Source: an uncultured Thermoplasmata archaeon
GTDB taxonomy: Archaea; Thermoplasmatota; Thermoplasmata; RBG-16-68-12
Assembly (NCBI GenBank): GCA_963768855.1
Contig: CAVYJM010000006.1
Coordinates: 608,001-672,000 of the forward strand
Reading direction: 5' to 3'
Length of the DNA stretch: 64,000 nucleotides
This document shows, piece after piece, positions 57,841 through 64,000 of the stretch. Below the pieces are notes generated by a model. The model was not told the origin of the DNA. It saw only the letters and a list, made by a program, of their open reading frames with translations, and ran no database searches. Every line of letters begins with the position of its first letter. Positions within the stretch are counted from its first letter, which is position 1. The position numbers were made by a program, and so were the translations under genes.

Positions 57841-58530
57841 ATGATCACGCTCCTCGGCGTCGGGCACGTCTTCGACCTGGAGGCCTCCATCCGGAGCGCG
57901 ATCCAGCGGCGCGCCCCCAAGGTCGTCGCCCTGGAGCTCGACCCCGCCCGGTTCGCCTACCTGATGAACCGCCCGCCCCACGCCCGGAGGGCGTCCGTGT
58001 TCGGCTTGATCGCGGAGTTCCAGGCGCGAATCGCGCAGCAGTACGGCGTGCAGGTAGGCGACGAGATGGTCGCCGCCGCGAAGGTTGCGCGGGAGGTCGG
58101 CTCCGAGATCGCCCTGATCGACCAGGACTCGCGGGTCACCCTGAGCCGGGCGTGGCAGTCCATGTCCTTTCCGGAGCGGGTCCGCCTCGTCGTGTTCGCC
58201 GTGAGCGGGCTCTTCGTCCGCCGGAAGCGGGTCGAGGCGGAGCTCGACCGGTTCTACCAGGACGAGAGCGGCTACATCGAGCAGTTCGCGAAGGAGCTCC
58301 CCACCGTGAAGCGCGTCCTGATCGACGAGCGCGATGCGCACATGGCGGACGCGCTGCGGCAGCTGCACGCCGCGAAGGGCGAGGTCGTCGCGGTCGTCGG
58401 CGACGGCCACGTGGACGGGCTCGGTCGCCTCCTTCACGACGTGCCCCTCGAGGTCGTGCGCCTGCGCGAGCTCCAGCAGGGAGCGCCACCCGGTAGCTCC
58501 GCCTCCGCGACCGTCTCCTATCGTCTCTGA
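57841..58530 (+). CDS. TraB/PrgY-family protein
   Basis: ITLLGVGHV, VVALELDPAR, GDEMVAA, LIDQD, LIDERDAHMA, VAVVGDGHV.G. Confidence 0.85.
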   Translation: MITLLGVGHVFDLEASIRSAIQRRAPKVVALELDPARFAYLMNRPPHARRASVFGLIAEFQARIAQQYGVQVGDEMVAAAKVAREVGSEIALIDQDSRVTLSRAWQSMSFPERVRLVVFAVSGLFVRRKRVEAELDRFYQDESGYIEQFAKELPTVKRVLIDERDAHMADALRQLHAAKGEVVAVVGDGHVDGLGRLLHDVPLEVVRLRELQQGAPPGSSASATVSYRL

Positions 58531-59009
58531 TGCGGCCGCCGCGGGATCCACCGGGGCACGAGGTCGCGGTACGCCCGGTAGGCCTCTCCATACCTTTCTT
58601 CGAGGGACCGTTCCTCGTGGCGCACGATGAACTGGACCGGGAGGCCGAGCAGGAGTACGAGCAGGGCGGCCGCCGGAGACGCCACCGCGAAGGCGAGGCC
58701 GAGCGCGGCGAGGGCATGGGAGAGGATGATCGGATTGCGGGTCCATGCGAACGGCCCCAGAGTCACCAGGGTCTGCGGCGGCACGAGCGGATTGGGCGTC
58801 CCCTTCCCGACGCGGACGAAGAGCGTGAAGCACCAGGCGATCCCGGCCGCACCGGCCGCGAGCGGTAGGAGGCCGATCCACCGCACCGCTTCCGGGAACG
58901 GGGCCCAGCCGAGCAGGCCGTCGAGGGCGAGCCCCGCCGCCGGCAGCCCGGCATAGAGGGCGACGAAGAGGGCCACGCTCTCGAGCCAGGCGGCCGCGCG
59001 GCTTGCCAC
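58518..59009 (-). CDS. isoprenylcysteine/phospholipid methyltransferase (ICMT/PEMT) family membrane protein
   Basis: GKGTPNPLVPPQTLVTLGPFAWTRNP, EERSLEERYGEAYRAYRDLVPRW. Confidence 0.85.
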   Translation of the reverse strand: MASRAAAWLESVALFVALYAGLPAAGLALDGLLGWAPFPEAVRWIGLLPLAAGAAGIAWCFTLFVRVGKGTPNPLVPPQTLVTLGPFAWTRNPIILSHALAALGLAFAVASPAAALLVLLLGLPVQFIVRHEERSLEERYGEAYRAYRDLVPRWIPRRPHQRR

Positions 59010-59127
59010 GTCCGCGGCGAGCGCCTCCGGCCTATTTCCGTGTTCGTCCGGCTGGCCTGGCCCGGGCGTGCGGTCCGCGGACCTCCCGGCAACCCTTAAG
59101 CCCGCGGCCCGCGTTCGCACGGCCACC

Positions 59128-60414
59128 ATGGTCGTGACGCAGGCCGATCCCGCCAAGGAGGCCACGGCCGAGTGGCTCCGGACGCAGTACCGGCGCTACT
59201 ATGCCACGACGAAGCGCATCCTACCCGACCGGTTCGGCCGGCGGGAATTCGGCTTCATGTTCTTCAACAGCACGATGGTCATCCGCCACCTCGGCTTCGC
59301 CCGCGAGCAGGAGCTGACCGACTTCCTCGTCGGCAAGACGCCGGCCCACGCCTACTACTCCTCGGCGTACTACGAGAAGCCGGGCGCGCCGACGATGGAA
59401 GAGAAGGGCTGGCTCGGCGCCGATCTGATCTTCGACCTCGACGCGGACCACCTGCCCAACGCGAAGTCGATGAGCTACCCCGAGATGCTCGAGGCGATCC
59501 GCCAGCGGATCATGAAGCTCTACGACGACTTCCTGCGGTCCGACTTCGGGTTTGACGAGGCCCGGATGCGCCTCGTGTTCTCCGGGGGCCGGGGGTACCA
59601 CATCCACGTCTTCGACGAGCGCGTGTGGACCCTCGGCAGCCACGAGCGCCGCGAGATCGTGGACTGGGTCACGGGGAAGGGGCTCGACGTCGATTCCCTG
59701 TTCCGCGAGTCCGCGTTCGACAAGCGCGAGTTCCAGGGCCGTGCGCGCGTGAAGAAGAAGGTCATTGGGCCGGCGCAGAACGAGCCGGGCTGGCGGGGCA
59801 AGATCGCACGGGGCATGGACCAGCTCGTGACGACGCTCGAGGCGATGGACCATGACAAGGCGGTCGCGTTCCTGGTCTCCTTCGAGGGCGTCAAGGAGTC
59901 CGCGGCCGAGGACCTCTGCGAGAACCTTTTCAAGCCGCGGGCCACGAAGCCGAAGGTCATCCGGGGCGTCGACCGACTGCGGGAGGGGCAGATCGAGGCC
60001 CTGTCCGACCGAAGCCGGGACCTCCTTATCCGGATCGTCAAGGAGGTGCAGGAGATCCACCTCGACCAGCAGGCCGGGGTCGCGCTGGATGGGATCGTCC
60101 AGCGAGGCGACACGGACGAACCCGTCACCTCGGACATCAAGCGCCTCATCCGGCTGCCGTCAAGCTTGCACGGGAAGACCGGGCTCCGCGTCATCCCGCT
60201 CACCCGCGACGAGGTCGACGGCTTCCGCCCGCTCCGCGACGCGGTCCCGGATACGTGGACGGACGAGCCCGTCTCCATGCGGCTGGCCAATAGAATCAAT
60301 CTGGAGATTAAGGGAGAAGCCTTTAATTTGGCACCTGGGGTAAACGACATCCCGCAGTTCCTGGCCATCTTCCTCGCGGCCAGAGGACTCGCCACGGTCA
60401 ACCCAGAGGCCTAA
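59128..60414 (+). CDS. priS: DNA primase catalytic subunit PriS
   Basis: REFGF, HAYYSSAYY.KP, GADLIFDLDAD, LVFSGGRGYHIHV, DEPVTSDIKRLIRLPSSLHGKTG. Confidence 0.95.
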   Translation: MVVTQADPAKEATAEWLRTQYRRYYATTKRILPDRFGRREFGFMFFNSTMVIRHLGFAREQELTDFLVGKTPAHAYYSSAYYEKPGAPTMEEKGWLGADLIFDLDADHLPNAKSMSYPEMLEAIRQRIMKLYDDFLRSDFGFDEARMRLVFSGGRGYHIHVFDERVWTLGSHERREIVDWVTGKGLDVDSLFRESAFDKREFQGRARVKKKVIGPAQNEPGWRGKIARGMDQLVTTLEAMDHDKAVAFLVSFEGVKESAAEDLCENLFKPRATKPKVIRGVDRLREGQIEALSDRSRDLLIRIVKEVQEIHLDQQAGVALDGIVQRGDTDEPVTSDIKRLIRLPSSLHGKTGLRVIPLTRDEVDGFRPLRDAVPDTWTDEPVSMRLANRINLEIKGEAFNLAPGVNDIPQFLAIFLAARGLATVNPEA

Positions 60415-60421
60415 AGCACCC

Positions 60422-62560
60422 ATGTCGGGGTACCAGCAACGCATCCAGGGCATGGACCGGCTCCTCCGAATCCGGCGCATGCGCAAGGCCGTCTACGCAG
60501 CCCTGCTCTTCGTCACGGTCGTCCTCATGTACGCGCGAATGCAGAGCGAGGGCGGCAGCCTCAAGCCCTTCTTCGTCCCCCTGGACGGCGTCGTCGAGAT
60601 CGGCCTGATGATGGGCCTGGTCGGCACGATCCTCGGGTTGTACCTCAAGAACCTAGAGATCCAGCGCGCCCAGACGGACAGCCAGCGGTACCTGCTGTCC
60701 AAGTACAGCATGAGCCGCGCGATGACCACAGCGATCCTCGCGCTCGCGCTCGGGGTCATCCTCCTCATCCCCTTGACCGGCGCAGGCCTGGCGTCCGTCG
60801 TGACGGAGCCCGCCCGGTACGTGAGCATCTCACCTGGGTCGTCCGAGACGGTCCTCTTCGCGAGCCCGGATGCCTTCGGCGTCAGCTACGTGAAGACGGT
60901 CCATGTGCAGGCCGCCTCTGGGTCCATCGGCGTCCTGATCGTCAAGAACAACGGGACGGTGGCGAGCGGCTCCGTGAGCGGCTCGAACTCCCTCGACCTG
61001 TCCATCCAGCCGAACGGATGGTCCACGAACGCGAATTGGTCCCTTGTGTTCCACAACATCGGGGGCTCGACGACCGCCTCGCTGACCTACAGTCTGACTC
61101 GGCCGCACTCATGCCGTCTCTCTTCTCGACGGTCCCCTTCCTTCTCTTCCTCTACGTGGCCGCGAACCTCGGCTGGTGGTTCGGCCTCCGGCCTATCCGG
61201 GACCGGACGAAGGCCGAGGCCCTCTATGCAGGGACCAACAACTCGACCGTGATGGACATGGGCGAGCGCGCGTACGTGGAGTACGCGATGCAGCCCCAGG
61301 CCGAATCCGCGCGCGGCTCTCCCCGCGGCGTTCGAACCGCCGCCCCCGCCCCCCTCGACGCCTCCGCCTCCTCCCGCTCCGGCAGTCTCGGTCCCGATGC
61401 CCGTCGTCAAGCCGGCGGCGGAACCGCGATCGGTTCCGCAGGCCGAGACCGCGGACACCCTCGCCGCGAAGGGGGACACGCTGTTCACCCTGCAGCAATA
61501 CCCCTCCGCGATCGCGGCCTACGATGAATCGCTGCGGATCAACCCGAACTCGGTTCGGGTCCTCCTGTCCAAGGCGACCGCCCTGAGCGCCATGACCGAC
61601 ACGGGCACGGCCCTCGACGTCTACCGTCGGGTCCTCGCCCTCGAGCCGGGGAACGAGCTCGCCCTCCGCGAATCCTCCAAGCTCCTCGCCGTGCAGCGGC
61701 GCTGGCGGGAGTGCCTCGAGAACACCGAGGCGCTGCTGCAGCGACGGCCCAACGATGTCGGAGCGCTCCAGCTGAAAGGCGACGTCCTCACGAACCTCGG
61801 CCGACGCGCCGAGGCGCTCGCGGCCTTCGAGGCCGCGCAGGCCCTGGACCCGCAGGACGCGAATCTGAGGCAGAAGATCGAGGAGGTCCGCGTCGACGTC
61901 CCCGGCCTCCTGAGCCGCGCGCTGATTGCCTCGGCGAGCGGCAATTATCCCCAGGCCCTGAACCTCTTCGACGACATCCTCGAGGTCGAGCCGAGCAACG
62001 TCAATGCGCTCATCGGGAAGGCGGTCGCCTACCGCCGCAGCGGCAAGCCGAACGAGGCGGTGAACTGCCTCGACATGGTCCTGAACTACCAACCGACGAA
62101 CGCCTCCGCGCTGCTGCACCGGGGGCGCCTGCTCGCCGAGAAGGGTGACCTCGACGCGGCCCTCGAGGCCTTCGACAAGCTCGTCACGATCAGTCCGCAG
62201 GACGAGGAGGCCTGGGCAGCCCAGGGCGACGTCTTCGTCAAGATGGGCCGGGACGACGATGCGCTGCGCGCGTTCTCGGAGGCCCTGAAGCTCAACCCGG
62301 GTGACGAGGAGATCCAGCACAAGATCCACGAGCTGGAGACCTCGCGGTCCGTCCACGCGGACATCCTCCAGGACCTGTATCGGATCAAAGGGGTCGGACC
62401 CGCGCGCGCGAAGGCGCTGATCGAGGCGGGGTTCCGGACCGCAGAGGACTACGAGAAGGCGACCGTGGAGCAGCTCCTTGCAGTCAAGGGGATCACGCGG
62501 CGGATCGCGGAGGACCTCGTGAAACACTTCAAGGTGCCCGTCCCCGTCGCGGCGCACTGA
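60422..62560 (+). CDS. membrane protein + Pro linker + TPR repeats + C-terminal helix-hairpin-helix (compensating indels near 61095 and 61310)
   Basis: The first (60422) and last (61397) ORFs share a frame; the intermediate TM segment is in a shifted frame; TPR repeats; IKGVGPARAKAL and VKGITRRIAEDL HhH motifs. Confidence 0.7.
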
Positions 62561-62563
62561 CGC

Positions 62564-63571
62564 TCAGGCGAGCCCGCGGTACTGCACTTCGTAGTAGGCG
62601 CGGAACTCCCCCGACTTGACCGGCTTCCACCACGCCTCGTTCGTGCGGTACCATTCGACCGTCTCCCGCAGCCCCTGTTCGAAGGTCCGGGAGGGTTTCC
62701 ACCCGAGGCGCGCGCGGATCTTCGTCCAGTCCACCGCATGCCGAGCCACGTTCCCGGGTCGGTCGGCGACGGAGCGCAGGAGGGACTGCGGCTTGCCGAG
62801 CGCTTCCAGGATGGCCGTCGCCACGGTCCGGACGTCCCGCTCCTGGTCCGCCCCGATGTTGAAGACCTCGCCCTCGACGTCTCGCGCCGTGAGGAGGAGG
62901 TCCAGGGCCGCGCAATGGTCGTCCACGTGGATCCAGTCCCGCGAGCTCGTGCCCTCCCCGTACATGGGGAGCGGCTGCTCCTCCAGGGCATTCGTCACGA
63001 AGAGGGGGATGAGCTTCTCCGGGTGCTGGTACGGCCCGTAGTTGTTCGTGCAGCGGGAGATGACGGCCGGGAGCCCGTACGTCGTGAAGTAGGACCACAC
63101 GAGGCGGTCCGCGCCGGCCTTGCTCGCCGCGTAGGGCGACTTCGGCGAGAGCGTCGCGGCCTCCGTGCAGGGCGCGTCGCCCGCCTCGCCGTAGACCTCG
63201 TCCGTCGAGATGTGCACGAGCCGCGAGACGTCGGCCTTGCGGCATGCCTCGAGGACCGCGTACGTTCCGACCACGTCGGTCAGGATGAAGGAGCCGGCAT
63301 CCAGGATGGAGCGGTCCACGTGGGTCTCCGCGGCGAAGTGGACGACGGCATCCGCCCCGCGGACGACGCGATCCATGAGTCCCCGGTCACACACGTCCCC
63401 GCGGACGAACGTGAGCCTCTTGTCGTCCTTGAAGTCCTTCAGGTTGTTCGGGTTGCCCGCGTAGGTGAGCTTGTCTACGACGAGGATCTCGTCCGTACCG
63501 GAGGCAAGCCGCCGCCGGACGAAGTTGCTCCCGATGAACCCCATGCCGCCCGTGACGACGAGGCGCGCCAT
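62564..63571 (-). CDS. rfbB: dTDP-glucose 4,6-dehydratase
   Basis: VTGGMGFIGSNF, DKLTYAGN, HFAAETHVDRSI, HISTDEVYG, PYAASKA, NNYGPYQHPEKLIP. Confidence 0.95.
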   Translation of the reverse strand: MARLVVTGGMGFIGSNFVRRRLASGTDEILVVDKLTYAGNPNNLKDFKDDKRLTFVRGDVCDRGLMDRVVRGADAVVHFAAETHVDRSILDAGSFILTDVVGTYAVLEACRKADVSRLVHISTDEVYGEAGDAPCTEAATLSPKSPYAASKAGADRLVWSYFTTYGLPAVISRCTNNYGPYQHPEKLIPLFVTNALEEQPLPMYGEGTSSRDWIHVDDHCAALDLLLTARDVEGEVFNIGADQERDVRTVATAILEALGKPQSLLRSVADRPGNVARHAVDWTKIRARLGWKPSRTFEQGLRETVEWYRTNEAWWKPVKSGEFRAYYEVQYRGLA

Positions 63572-63577
63572 GCCGCC

Positions 63578-64000
63578 TCACTTGAGCTGGACGTCCCAGT
63601 CGTACGGGATGTCCTTCGAGTTGGACGGCACGCGGAACTCGTCCGGCTTCGCGTAGTCGTAGAGCTCCGTCGGGAAGTTCACCACGTACACGGGCTCGCC
63701 GCCGATCGCCTTGAACCCATGGAGCACGTAGGGCGGGATCTTGATGAGCATCGGGTTCCGCTCGCCCGGAAAGAACTCGTTCACCTTGCCCTTCGTCGGC
63801 GAGCCTTCGCGGGAGTCGTAGCACACGACCTTCGCGGTGCCGTTCACGACGACGAAGTGGTCCGTCTGCTTCTTGTGATAGTGCCAGCCCTTCACGATCC
63901 CCGGGTACGCGATCGTGATGTAGGACTGGGCGAAGCGGTCGAACTCAGGCCAGTCGGTCCGGAGCATCTCCATGAGGTACCCGCGTTCGTCGTGGATCTG
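63578..64000 (-). CDS. rfbC: dTDP-4-dehydrorhamnose 3,5-epimerase (5' partial, runs off the window)
   Basis: HDERGYLME, PGIVKGWHYH..QTDHF, VCYDSREGSPT, IPPYVLHGF. Confidence 0.88.
   Translation of the reverse strand, partial: QIHDERGYLMEMLRTDWPEFDRFAQSYITIAYPGIVKGWHYHKKQTDHFVVVNGTAKVVCYDSREGSPTKGKVNEFFPGERNPMLIKIPPYVLHGFKAIGGEPVYVVNFPTELYDYAKPDEFRVPSNSKDIPYDWDVQLK

Noticed and set aside
61250-61252. In-frame TGA between the membrane and TPR ORFs as recoding
   Set aside because: The coding signal between about 61095 and 61310 is in the shifted frame, so indels explain it better
1-64000. tRNA/rRNA genes, transposases, integrases, cas genes
   Set aside because: No T-arm or rRNA signatures and no DDE, tyrosine-recombinase or Cas motifs recognised by eye; a covariance-model scan was not possible

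Overview
GC-rich archaeal chromosomal window, most likely from a Thermoplasmata-type euryarchaeote. This is inferred from the PAC2 proteasome chaperone, PriS primase, HVO_0476-type Zn finger, AbrB-PhoU regulator and TTTATA-type promoters. 2-24 kb is an energy block: indolepyruvate:ferredoxin oxidoreductase (iorAB), an EamA transporter plus DUF6390, a CuA-like cupredoxin, an ABC exporter, hypA/hypC, a four-subunit POR (gamma-delta-alpha-beta) and a membrane [NiFe]-hydrogenase operon. That operon has the subunit set and permuted order of respiratory complex I (J1-J2-K-L/M fused-N-A-B-C-D-H-I) followed by a HycI protease, and the large subunit keeps all four Ni-Fe cysteines. 24-28.5 kb holds a PhoU regulator, prs, an exosortase/archaeosortase fused to a RING-like finger, and a roadblock protein. 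28.7-38.9 kb is a visibly lower-GC surface-glycan island. A complete WbpA/B/E/D/I-like set is split between 39-40.7 kb and 51.5-56 kb. 43-51 kb carries Cys-rich and metal-related genes (double TRASH protein, CC-tipped PadR with palindromic operators, a Cys peptide, an ArsM variant, YHS) and ABC transporters. The window ends with rhomboid, TraB, priS, a membrane-TPR-HhH protein and rfbB/rfbC. At least seven genes are broken by single-base indels, probably consensus errors. I found no rRNA, tRNA, CRISPR array or transposase by eye.
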